A DNA stretch of 64,000 nt, taken from positions 99,448,001 through 99,512,000 of the forward strand of contig NC_092346.1 of the NCBI RefSeq assembly GCF_963676685.1, read 5' to 3'. How positions within the stretch are numbered: position 1 is the first letter of the stretch; each line of letters begins with the position of its first letter. The position numbers and the translations under genes are program-made. Positions 13,736 to 25,847 of the stretch are shown here, piece by piece. The notes under the pieces were generated by a model. It made no database searches. It was not told the origin of the DNA and saw only the letters and a program-made list of their open reading frames with translations. Source of the stretch: Mytilus edulis. Lineage: Eukaryota.

Positions 13736-15246
13736 TCAATATATGAAGCAAACAAGCAAGCTCTGAACCAACGTAAAGATGTATATGTATGTGTCGGACG
13801 GTATTATGATTTTTGTCTTGGCGTTTTGTGTTTACATTGTATATGGTATCTGATTTGTTTTTAATTAAAGTATAACTAAACCTTCATCATCATTTTGCAA
13901 TCAATGACTGGATGTTTGTTTTATCACTTTGTTTAAATTATGCATGATAGTTGGTACTAATATGAATATGTCCTTAATGGACAAGGTTAATATTTTTCTC
14001 AAGCCGTCTTTAGACATTTAAGTTATTAAAAAAATGTATTTGTTATTTGAAATTGGGCTTTTGATTAACTGGAAATGCTCTGAGTTCGCTATTTTAAGTC
14101 TTTCTCACTTTTGGTTGTTTTTGTGCTTTGATTCCCAATTGAATGTGTCAAGCCCTTGCCAATTTATTTTAACCGTTTGTTCTTATGTTACATCAGAGGA
14201 ATGGGTGTTCACAAACCTCGTTACATTCTCTATGCGTCAGTCCTAGCTCTAAGTAAAGAGTAGTTCAATAAGTGCCTGCGTTTAGTGTCACGTGACTAGT
14301 GAGGTTTTTTTTAATTCAGCAGTAATTCGATATTGCAGCATACGAAAAGAAACAGAAAAAAACAAACAGCGATACAATATTAACACATGATTAAATAAGG
14401 CATAAAAATTGTTATTTGAAAAAAATAAAGAAGAATTTTAATCATTCTAATGTGTAATACCTGAGTATACATTTTCAAAGTGCCATTGAAAACATTTATG
14501 ATGTTTGAAAAGAGTAAAGAAATCAAAAGACAAAATCAAATTATATTAACCATAGGGGAACAAACAAGGAAAACTGGCAAGGATTTCATAAACTGATTCA
14601 TTTCTTTATGAAAACTGCAATATTCGCTAGACTGATTTACAAATGAGTTAATCAGTTTTTGTTATCTGATTTCCGTCAAGATTTTATCAGAGAGCTTCCT
14701 TATACAGGACACAATTCATACACTTAGATCAGATATTACGCTAGGGTTGAACGTACGTAGCATTATATTACATGTTATATACTTGTCAGTGTATTCCAAA
14801 GCCCACTTTATGTGTGAGTATGCACACGTTTGATGTTTAGATGATAGAAAACATGTTTTATACGTGTTATTGTCTTCCAATTCTTTGTAGCGGCACGTTA
14901 TTCGTTTGATATTATTACTTGTGAGATTTCTCAGGATAAGTATTATGGAATTCTATTCGTAAATTTTCTCTTTGATAAAGCGCTTTTATAGAAAATAATC
15001 TAGCAGCAGAATGCTTGTTGGTACAAATAATGAACGCCTGTTATGTTGACACATTAAAAATAAACAAAATATGATTTCTCAAGGGTTAGCTAGACATTTT
15101 GTAAAGTACCTTATTAATTTTTTTTAAGTTAAGTGAACATGTTGTCTCATTGGCACTCATACCACATCTTCTTATACCTATGTAGAGTTTTAATGAGAGT
15201 ACTCACAGTTACTGACAGCTAGTTCAAACCCAGTAACAACTAATAC

Positions 15247-15697
15247 ACAAGAATGTGTCCATAGTACACAGATGCCCCACTCGCACTATCATTTTCTATG
15301 TATAGTGGACTGTGAAATTGCGGTAAAAAATCTAATTTGGCATTAAAATTAGAAAGATCATATCATAGGGAACATGTATACTAAATTTAAGGTTGATTGG
15401 ACTTCATTTTCATCAAAAACTACCTTGACCAAAAACTTTAATCTGAAATTCACACTATCATTTTCAATGTTCAGAGAACCATGAAATTGAGGTCAAAACT
15501 CTCATTTCATAAAAAAAAAAAAAAAAAAAAATATCATATCATAGAGCACTTGTGTACTAAGTTTCAATTTGATTGGACTTCAACTTCATCAAAAATTACC
15601 TTGACCAAAAACTTTAACCTTAAGCGGGACAGACGGACGAACGGACGCACAGACCAGAAAACATAATGCCCCTCTACTATCGTAGGTGGGGACATAA
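15247..15697 (+). mobile_element. Helentron-associated/pearl-like non-autonomous element
   Basis: ACAAGAATGTGTCC 5' end, two ~170-bp core repeats, (GAC/GGAC)n microsatellite, 3' palindrome ataatgcccc...ggggacataa. Related copies at 50219-50502, 55105-55360 (-) and 56553-56828. Confidence 0.65.
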
Positions 15698-16535
15698 AAA
15701 TTTCATTCTCCTAGGACTAAATTATCAATCAGTACAAATATCCAATGGATTTGGTGTAAAGACGTCATATAAACAGTCAAAGAAACACATGACCTTGTGC
15801 AATGCCAAGATGCAGGTATCGACAGATTGTAGATATTTGAAAGTGCATATGTGTTTGACAATAATATGAAGTTTGCTTTTAATTTACTGATAACAAAATC
15901 AATGTGTAAACCATTAAACAATATTCAAAGACTTGCAGTGTTGAATTGGTAACCTTTTAGAATATGTGTATTGAAAGGATCGATTAACCAGGATCCAAAC
16001 TTCAAAACAAAATCTTTATATCTATGGAAGAACTTATATATCATAAAGGTATTAAGTAATTAGTGGTAACGAAATCACTGACTTAATACATTTAATTTAC
16101 CAGTAATGCATAGATTACGTTCTTAAAATATTAAATGCCACAACAGACACGGGCATAGAGAACAAGGTGTGAAATATAAATACCGTAAGATGGTGCCAAA
16201 GGAATATCGCCATCCCAAAAAGGAAAATTAACAATTGGGAACAAACAATCGTCACTTTTGTTGTAAATAATTTTGTTGAGTTTCCCGTGTAAAACTGGAA
16301 TATCTAAATCTAGGAAAGATACTTGAACTAATTAAATAGTGATAATAATAATAATGATAATTAAAAACCAATTCTTCAGAGAACAATTGAAGGTCTTTCC
16401 ACCTCGATAATAAGAATGAAATGTAAAAACGATGTTAGAAAATGTAACTTCTTGTTTATTTAATTTGGTACCTCTAACTGATATAAAAAAATAAGATTAA
16501 TATGTATATACAGAAGACTTAATTATTTTATAATG

Positions 16536-17522
16536 AACAAGAAAGCCGGAATTTTTAGCAATTGTCAAAATCTAGAACGTCAAATTGACCTTTGACCTTG
16601 ACCTCAATTTCAAAGGTCAAAGGTCAGTGATCTCAAATCAAAAGACCTCAGGTCAATCACTTGTATGATTGTGGAGAAATACCAATTTCAAATACAAAAG
16701 GGGAGAAAACTCCTATAAGGGTTGACCAAAACACTTCGACTTAAATGGGTTGAAGTTGCGCCTTATCGTAAACAGTAATTTGGAAAACACATCATATCAT
16801 TAACTGTTACCATTTGTATTGAATATAGATTACAAGCTAAATTCTAAATTTAGAATATGACCTTGACCTTCAACCTTGACCTTAATTTAAAGGTCATAGG
16901 TCAGTGGACTCAAATCGAAAGATCCGAGGTCAATCGTTTGTATGGTTGTGAAGAAATACTGATTTCAAATACTTAAGGGGAGAAAACTCCTATAAGGATA
17001 AACCAAAACACTTCGACTTAGATAGGTTGAAGTTGTGTCTTATTGTAAACAGTTATTTGGTAAACACATCATATCATTTACTGTTACAGATTCTTTTAAA
17101 TAACGATAACAAGCAAAATTCAAAATTTAGAACATGACCTTGACCTTTGACCTTGACCTCAATTTCCTTCAAATGGACCAAGGACTTCATATCAAAAGAC
17201 TAGGCCTTGACGACTTATAACGTATGAATTTATCCAACATATCGCCTATCTTAAATTTTCAAAGGGAAATAACTCCCATAAGATGTCTTCCGATCACTCC
17301 AGTTAATATTAACCAAATTATTCTTAAGAGTAGACGAACAATTTGGTGAAAACAAAAGGGGACGTGGGGAGATAACTCCTATAAGAATAAGTGTTTTGTC
17401 ACACATGGTGAGTTTTGAAATCCCCATTACTGTACAACATCATTGGCCAAAAATCCATTCGATATGTTATAAAACAAAAAAGCATCTCAGACGGCAGAAG
17501 AAAAAAAATAATCAGAAGAAAA
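16536..17522 (+). mobile_element. Helentron-like non-autonomous element with ~290-bp internal tandem repeats
   Basis: AACAAG 5' end; 'tgaccttgacctt' units at ~16587, 16858 and 17135; duplicated 'gggagaaaactcctataagg..accaaaacacttcgactta' blocks. Confidence 0.55.
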
Positions 17523-18427
17523 ACGTAAATCATAAATAATTATACAAAGAATTTTATATTGACATATATATAAACATACTTCAGACTCATTCAGATATCA
17601 TTTGCTATTTTATCAGGACTTAATTATGATTTAATAACTATACATTCTATTGAATAGTCGTTTATATCATACGATCTTTAATAAAGGTCAGATATTTCAA
17701 ATATCTTATTGCACAGTACAATAAGAAATGCGCGACAATCAACACGAATCTATGGTAATAAATTGTCTAGCGTAGTTAGCAAATGTATCAAAATCAGATC
17801 ATTTATTGACAAGAGATTTAACTTTTTGATTATTGTTGCAAATGTGTTTCATACGTTAATAAAACATGCGCATGAGTTGTATGTAGTCACGTCCAACATG
17901 AAAACAGGAATGGCAATAAATAGTCTTATTATCCAATCATATAGGCCAAACTGTGAGATATGTAATAGCCATAGCTAAAGCATTTTAAGCTTTTATTCAT
18001 ATACTGACCGAACATAGAATACAAGACGTAAACTCCAATGTATTAACCAAATGGAATACTAGATAAGTTCTTGTTGCATCATAATACTTTCTCATACTTT
18101 TGTAGTTTGATATTTAACACGACTTTAAAAATTCGCTTTTACAGATTTAATATGGGATGGATCTATAAAAAAAAAAGAAGTAATAACGAATTCGAAAAAA
18201 TAATAAGTCAGATATTATTACAATATCTAATATTTTCATTTTCAATATTAAATTGCTGAAAAACGTTTATAATGACTAATTTTAAAACTGAAAATCGTTG
18301 TCAATATCAAATCAAGTGGCATATGTGAAACAAACAATATAATTCGGTATAGATATTGATTTTGTTATCAATAAATTAAAAGCTAACTAAATATTACTAG
18401 TATGTTATATGCATATACATATTCATG

Positions 18428-19095
18428 GATCTACAATCTGTCGATACCTGTAACTTGGCATTGCACAAGGTCATGTTTTTCTCTGACTGTTTATGACGTC
18501 TTTACACTAAATCCATTGGATGTTGGATGTGTACGGATTGATAGTTTAGTCTTAGTTGCATGATTTTTTTATTAGTTGTTAGTGGCTTTGAACTAGCTGT
18601 ACTCTCAGATCTGTTTATTGTGTCTTTTGGTGTCGGGATGTATAAGTACCGGGCCACGTCCACTTGTATTTTTGTCCATCTGATGAGTTAAGCCTTTTTC
18701 AACTGATTTTTATAATTCGTTCTTATGTTGAACTGTTATACCACTGTCCCATGTTAGGGGGGGATCCCGCTAACATGTTTAACCCCGCCACATTATTTAT
18801 GTATGTGCCTGGTGCCTGTCCCAAGTCAGGAGCCTGTAATTCAGTGGTTGTCGTTTGTTTATGTGTTACATATTTGTTTTTCGTTCATTTTTTTTTACAT
18901 AAATAAGGCCGTTAGTTTTCTCGTTTGAATTGTTTTACATTGTCTTATCGGGGCCTTTTATAGCTGACTATGCGGTATGGACTTTGCTCATTGTTGAAGG
19001 CCGTACGGTGACCTATAGTTGTTAATGTCTGTGTCATTTTGGTCTTTTGTGGATAGTTGTCTCATTGGCAATCATACCACATCTTCTTTTTTATA
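18428..19095 (-). repeat. Abundant interspersed repeat (AAGAAGATGTGGTATGATTGCCAATGAGACAACT family), long copy
   Basis: Same family at 28966-29240 (+), 58414-58585 (+), 27398-27655 (-), 34545-34822 (-) and 47095-47255 (-), with fragments at 1405-1490, 23385-23500, 24510-24600 and 53280-53490. An inverted partial copy lies at 15200-15835. Confidence 0.75.
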
Positions 19096-20064
19096 TTACT
19101 TATATGATAATTTGACTGATTTTTTAAATATATATATTTCACTGATGTAATTGAATATTTGAAATATTTACATTCTCTAAGTTGTTTTGCGTACGAATAA
19201 AAGATTATTATTATTTAAAATGTACAACTAGTTCTCTAAATTGATATATCAAATAGTCTTAGTTTGTGATTAGAAAAGAAGAAAAGAAAACTTCCATAAA
19301 ATACCAAATATTTTATTCACAGGACGAGAACAAATTATCAATGAATCCATTTGTAGGTTCTGTTAAATAGATTTTCAGTATAAAAGGGATATTCAAACTC
19401 AGTAATCGACAACAAACAGATAATGTCATGGCAAACACACAAAAAAACTCAACAAACTACAAAAATAAAACATCAGTTGTATACTAAAGGCTGGGCAACA
19501 TAACGTAAGTTAACCGGTAAATTTGGACTGCTGCAGCATAGTTTATAAATCTTAAAAACAAATTCTCTGAATTAAATCAAAAGTTATAACATTGACGTAT
19601 CAGTGCAACTCACAAATTGTAGACAATTCGAAATCATTTTTTTTTTTAATTTGTCAAAATGAATTGCCATTTGTCATTATAACATTCTGTAATAATCGTT
19701 TTTAAACATTTAACAATAATATATGCAATCTCGTTGTTTACAGCAGTGAACACATATTCGAGGAATGCTGTGATTCCAAAATACATATTGTTGGGAATTC
19801 GTTATAACAGGGTGGTTTTTTTACATAACAAATGATTTTTTGTTATAGATTGAATTCGATTTGTCAAATCTCGAGGCGGAATTCATATGTAACAATTTCA
19901 AATAATCCATAAATCTCTCCGATGACGATTAAAATCCGATTTTACTTTTGATATAGGTTTCATCTGGGTGTTTGCTGTCTTTCTTAAGTTCATCAACACT
20001 GCGCAAAAGTGTATTGACCTGATCTTTTCCGCCATATTCATAATGGTCTAAATTTCCCCCAATT

Positions 20065-23000
20065 TTATCCTAATAGAAAGGCGCCCAATGCACCTAACAG
20101 TAAACCTTTTACGGCGCCTTTCTTTTTCTCTTTTTGTTGTTTCTTCTTACCCTCATACTTAGAGTTTAAATTACGTTTCTTCTCTCGAATTAATTTTCGT
20201 AATCTTCGATTTTCCCTTTTAATGTCTTGTAATGGGTTTCTGCCAGCTCCTACAATTGGTAAGGTATCATGTTTTATATGCATATCCTGTAATCGTCCGT
20301 TTAGCCTTGTGTTTATTTGGAGTTCTCTTTCAATAGGGTCAAATCCACTGTTAGGTGTATGCAACGAACCAACTGGTATGGCACCCGGAAAGTTATTTCT
20401 CATTGGTCCAGGTATGAAAGGACTTCCGTTGTCCATAAACGGTAAATCACCACGTCCACCTTCTAGTCTAGGTGGTGAGAGGTTTCTATCGAACGATAAA
20501 ACGCCAGGACCTGGACCTAAACGTGACTGACTAACACCAAAGCGTGAACTAAATGGTGATTCAGGTCCACCAGGTATTGTATCTGGGTTGAAAGGTGTTT
20601 GTGGTCCACCTTGTACAAAACCTGGACCTAAACGAGATTGACCAACACCAAAGCGCGAACTAAATGGTGAGTCTGGTTCACCAGGTATTCTATCTGGACT
20701 GAAAGGTGTTTGTTGTCCACCTTGTACAAAACCTGAACTAAAAGGCGTCTCAGACCTTCCGTTTACTCCAGTGAATGGAAATCTGCCTTGTTGTAGCCCA
20801 AATCCAGGTTGAGCGTTTTTGAAATTGTTTGTTTGTGGTAAGTTATTTGGTAAAGCTGTATTGGGTATACCTGTGATAGTACCGTCAGCAGATCCAATAG
20901 GATTTGTGGGCAATAGCTGATCTCGAGTAAAGGAACCAAATCGTTGGCTGAATCCGTCTGGAGAATTAAAGTTCTGTAGCTGTGACGTTGATCCCATGGT
21001 TTGAAGTACTTGTTGCGCCACTTGATTAAAAAGTTGTTGTCCCTGCTGTTCGTTTAACCCTAGAGGTTGAGCATTGATGATGTTCGCTACACGTTGCCCT
21101 TGTAGGTTTTGGTTGCTTTGGCCTGCACCCCATCTTCCAAAAGGATTTGTCAACCCAGGCCTAAACTGGCAATTAATTTCTGTAATAAGAAAATAAAATA
21201 TATAAACTTTTTTGGAAAAATAAACCTTCAATGTGGTGAGGAGGGTTAAACCAGTTGTTTGTTTAAGTCTTTGCCCTTTATTCCCTTATCACTAATTCTT
21301 TGAGTAAAGGTAAACGTTTATACTGTTGCTTTGTAGATTACACTAGAGCTTTTGATAGTGTCACACATTACAAATTATGGCAAAGATTAGTCAGATGTGG
21401 AGTAACTGGTAGACTTTTAAATGTATAGCAAATTAAAAACTTGTGTAAAACTTAATGGAAAATTTTCTGATTTTTTTGCATGTACTGTTGGTCTAATGCA
21501 AGGGGAATCCTTATCTCCTCTGTTGTACTCATTATATGTCAATGATATGGAGATAGAACTTATTACACAAAACTGTAAATCATATGAACTTAAAATGTTA
21601 AATCTGTACTTGTTAATGTACGCTGACGATATGGTTTTATTTAGTGAAAGTATTACTGATCTACAAAAGATGATCGATGATGTAAATGTTTATTCAAATA
21701 AGTATGATTTGTACATAAATTTGTCAAAAACCAAAATTGTAGTTTTTAATAACAGAGGGAAAATTAGACCAGAAGAGCAATGGTATATAAATGGAAAGGC
21801 TATTGATATATGTAACGAGTTTATGTATTTGGGAATTTTATTTTATTATACTGGTAAATTGCAAATACTCAAAAGAAACTATCAGAACAGGGTAAAAAGG
21901 CTGTGTTTAGTATATTCAATAAAATACATGATGATTATTATAATCCTGAAACTTTGTTGTCATTATTTGAAACTTATGTAGCAAGTATACTGAATTATTG
22001 CTCGGAAATATGGGGATTTCATATGGCACCTAATATCGAAAATGTTCATTTGTATTTTTTAAAACGTGTTCTTAAAGTCAAAATGAGTGCTGTAACTAAT
22101 ATGATTTATTGTGAATTAGGTAGATTGCCAATGTACATTGAAAGGCAGTATAGAATGGTCAAATACTGGTTAAAAATTTTGAGTACAGAAAATTGTATAT
22201 TAAAGAATTGCTATGATGAGATGTATGACAGAAGTTTTATTAAAAAGAAAGATAAACAAAACTGGTGTTGTAAAATTAGAGATATTTTGTTTAGATATGG
22301 ATTTAATTATGTTTGGTAAACCAAAGTGTAGTTTGTAAAGACATTTTTCTATCGCAATTAAAAAAAAGAATGCTTGGTGTATTCATTAGTGAAGTAACTG
22401 TTTTTTGAGAATTCAAATAAATGTCATTTATATAGATACATGAATAGTACACACACATTGCAATTTTATTTAGATAGACCTGTAAATTATATATACAAAC
22501 CATACATTTGTAAATATCGTATATCAGCTCATATATTAAGTATAGAAACAGGTAGATATTATAATGTTGATAAAAATAATAGACTATGTACAAATTGTAA
22601 TACTAGCTCTATTGAAGATGAATACCATTTTATACTTGAATGTAAAAAATATAGTCAAATTCGAGAAAAGTATATAAAAAAGTATTATTGGAGAAATCCT
22701 TCTACATACAAACTTATCCAGTTGTTATCTGTCAGAAATATTAAAGAATTGAATAACTTAGGTATATTTTTAAAATCTGCAGAAAAACTTAGAATTTAAT
22801 TGCAGTAAATAATATTTTTGTTCTAAGTTAAGTGTTATATCATTATATCATTCTCCGCTCGTATTTCGTATTTTGTATTATGTATTATGTATTATACGTT
22901 CTTTCATGCACACCTTATATTTATATATATTATATGTCTCTTGTAAAATTCTTATATTGGTGTAAAATTGTGTATATGTATCCTATAAGCTGTATTGCTT

Positions 23001-23599
23001 TCGGAATAAAGTATTATTATTATATAAGTTATCATGTCGTTAAACTAAAACACAATGAAACCTGCACAGCGCAGCTACCAAAAGAATGCTTATTTGTGGA
23101 ACAAGGAAATAAAATACGCACATAATTTGGAAAGCAAGATCAAAGTTGCCCACTCACACTGCATTTTTGTTATCTAATATTAAGTACTGGAAAGTAGCAT
23201 GTACGGCGGTTTTTGTTTTTAAATTTGATACTGGCGGAAATATTCAATTGGGGTCAACTGTTAAAGTTTGTTTTCATCTGTATGAGATACTACAAAATCA
23301 ACTTATGTTGACAATTCTATCATTCTTTTTGCCAACAATTAAGATCGTCACATGTCAGGCTAGGGCACTTGTATAGGTTGCTATATGCGGTATGGGTTTT
23401 GCTCAATATTGGAAGCCATACGGTGATCTTTAGTTGTCGAACTTAATTTGATCTATGATGATGGGATGTCTCATCGATAATCATACTTCATTTATTTTAT
23501 ATCGGTAGGTAAAACTTACCGTGAAAGTTATGATAACATCTAATAGTACCTACCAGAAACTAACAGGAATAGGAGTAGCAATCCTTTGGGTACTAACAT
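20065..23599 (-). CDS. Uncharacterised secreted Gly/Pro/Gln/Phe-rich protein (~386 aa) with basic helical C-terminal domain and hydrophobic tail (gene A)
   Basis: Coding exons 23599-23554 (MLVPKGLLLLFLLVS+G, donor gtaggt) and 21179-20065 (acceptor ttcttattacag, phase 1). The join gives signal-peptide-like MLVPKGLLLLFLLVSEINC|QFRPG. The 1115-nt exon is open. Candidate polyA signal (plus-strand tttatt) at ~19312. Confidence 0.85.
20510..20735 (-). repeat. 111-bp (37-aa) tandem coding repeat x2 in gene A
   Basis: GFVQGGQQTPFSPDRIPGEPDSPFSSRFGVGQSRLGP / GFVQGGPQTPFNPDTIPGGPESPFSSRFGVSQSRLGP. Confidence 0.9.
21270..23013 (+). mobile_element. 5'-truncated, frameshifted non-LTR retrotransposon (LINE) in intron 2 of gene A
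   Basis: RT motifs YCCFVDYTRAFDSV, GLMQGESLSPLLY and YADD. C-terminal ETGR...RLCTNC...EDEYHFILEC zinc-binding-like motif. Split across ORFs 21421, 21903 and 22440. AATAAA followed by a (TAT)n tail at ~23006. Confidence 0.9.
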
Positions 23600-23834
23600 A
23601 GTCCGGCTGCAAAGTTAATAACATTATTATTATCATCGCAGTCAATAGAATCTATTATTATTGTCGCAGACATTTCCTTCGTATTCAATATGATTTTAAA
23701 GAAGATAACTGATTAAATGCCAATGTAGTAACGGTATTTTCATATTTTGCGACAGATGTAGTATGCCTGCTGGCACGACCGTGTTATTATTAGTTGCTGA
23801 CGACGCTCTGAAATGTAGACATTTACGGATTTAA

Positions 23835-24451
23835 GGGCATACGATACAGTTTTGATCCTGTATTTACAGTTTGATGAAAATTTCCATATAGGCTATTTTT
23901 TGTCTGATTAAATCAAATATGTAATAAAAAATATACCTCCATGTGCTACTTTTTGAGTTAAATGAGGTCGAAATTATGTATATTTGCTCAAAATTTGGAT
24001 TTGTGGCCGTATTTTTCCTTTCGAAAGAAAGACATAACTTTTATGTTTTAAAAGATAAACCCAAATTGTTTTTTGTTAAATAATTTGTGATTTCTGTATT
24101 TTATAAGTGTCCTAAAAATTTACGCATTTTTTTTTCAGAAATAACTCAAATTTATCAAATGGTCATGAATTGAGAAAAAACGTCATTTTTTCTGTATATT
24201 TATCAAGATTAAAAAAGTTGCACTATTTACAGTTTTATAAAAATTGGTCCACATAATCTCCCTGGAAAATGAAACAAAATGTCGTTTTAAAAAATAGGGG
24301 TCCATGCACTTGTTTTCCAATTAAATCAGTTTGAATGATAAAAATCAGTCGAAAAATGCATCTTTTCCCGATATGTCACAGTTTGACGTCGCGAAAATAA
24401 CATTTTACGTTAGCAACGTCATTACCTCCCCTGTAACTGTATCGTATGCCC
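23835..24451. mobile_element. MITE with TTAA target-site duplication (Kolobok-like termini)
   Basis: ttaa|GGGCATACGATACAGTT ... AACTGTATCGTATGCCC|ttaa. Confidence 0.85.
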
Positions 24452-25003
24452 TTAATTAAAATTGACTGTATAATTCTGTTTCCAAGTGCTTTTGTTAAAA
24501 AAATATATGCAGGCCGTACGGTTGCTTAAATTCCGTATACACAGCATTTCAACTTTGGTGGGTAGTTGTCGTATTGGCAATCATTACACATCTCCTTATT
24601 TTTAAATGTATGTTATTTTCGAAGGATAGACTCATAACATTGACATGTACTTCGTATTCACATTCTGATCATATCATTTGATTTCTACTAATACGCATGT
24701 ATCTCTGTGTCATTTGTTCTCTTGTAGAGAGTTGTCTTGTATGCAATCATACATGTATCTTCTAATTTTTATATCAAAACTTATCTGTAATTTTAAATGT
24801 ATTTTCAAATTCGGTGTTAGTGTATGTATATCTTTACATGCTACTAGAAATAATGTTGCCTTTGTATGATTTTGTCATGGATTTATTGATGATGATCAAT
24901 ACCGTTTTAAATTACATAGAACGTATGATCGCGATTTAATCTTTTATTTGTTGAAGCGAATGATCGCACGGTATTTGGAAATGAACGAGTCATAAGAACT
25001 TAC

Positions 25004-25087
25004 TGTATAGTAGAATAGAGTCCTTTTCTATTGTATGTTTGTTATCATCAGTATTTCAATTGTATGTTCGGTATGATCAGTATATAA
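25004..25087 (-). promoter_or_regulatory. Putative TATA box and non-coding first exon of gene A
   Basis: TATATA at 25081-25086 and donor aca|gtaagt at 25003. An acceptor tttgcag at 23607 sits 7 nt upstream of the ATG. The exon resembles gene B exon 1. Confidence 0.5.
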
Positions 25088-25847
25088 GCATACCGATGAC
25101 CATTGTATTTTATCATTTGTCACCTAACCTGTCAAGTCTTAATTGACAAATATGTCAGACAAGATTAACTGACGTATGTAGTATTGACGTATGCTTGTAA
25201 CTTGCACATTAAATGGATAACTAGCTATATATATGTTTACATTTAATGCCGCCGGTCATACTGGGGGGAAATATATATATATATGGTACTGAAAAGTTTT
25301 ATTCAACAGATTTTAGAAGATACTAAGAATATAACATTACCCGGAATATGTAACACGGTTTATACGAGACTATACGTGTATACGCTTTTCATATGTCTCC
25401 CCTAATCAAAAATGCACATGAGATTCTGTTGACTTTACTGAGATGAATAACTTGTCAACATTATACTTTTTGTGTTAAGCACCGTAATATTCCCTGCGGC
25501 TTGCCACCAAACAGAATTTAATGATATTTCTAATGAAGTTTTCAGAACCTGGGGAATTGGATGTATCTTTGTATTCAATTGTATGTACTCAAGTACCATT
25601 GCGACAACATTCCAGAAAAGACTGAAGGACAATATGTTTATTTTTCTATATATAATGGCATCAAACATCTCAAAAATGTCAAATATAAAGCGTTTTTATT
25701 CCATTTTTACGTTTTTAATTGTGTAAAAAGTTTAATTATAAATTGTCTGTGTCTGTGTGTTTACAGTAGGGACTTTTTCATTAGTCTATTTTGTGCAAGT
25801 TCAAATCTGAACTTGTCTATATGTTAACACTTTGTTAAAAGCTTTTT

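Noticed and set aside
1-19300. Additional host gene or third paralogue of the secreted pair
   Set aside because: By eye I found no long exon, splice-consistent chain or N-x2-L-x3-L module. Small exons could have been missed.
20222-20530. 102-aa plus-strand ORF
   Set aside because: Antisense shadow of gene A.
21180-21231. N-terminus MKVYFSKKVYIFYFLIT of the 388-aa ORF
   Set aside because: It starts at TTG and is the intron's pyrimidine tract and acceptor. The real start is the ATG at 23599.
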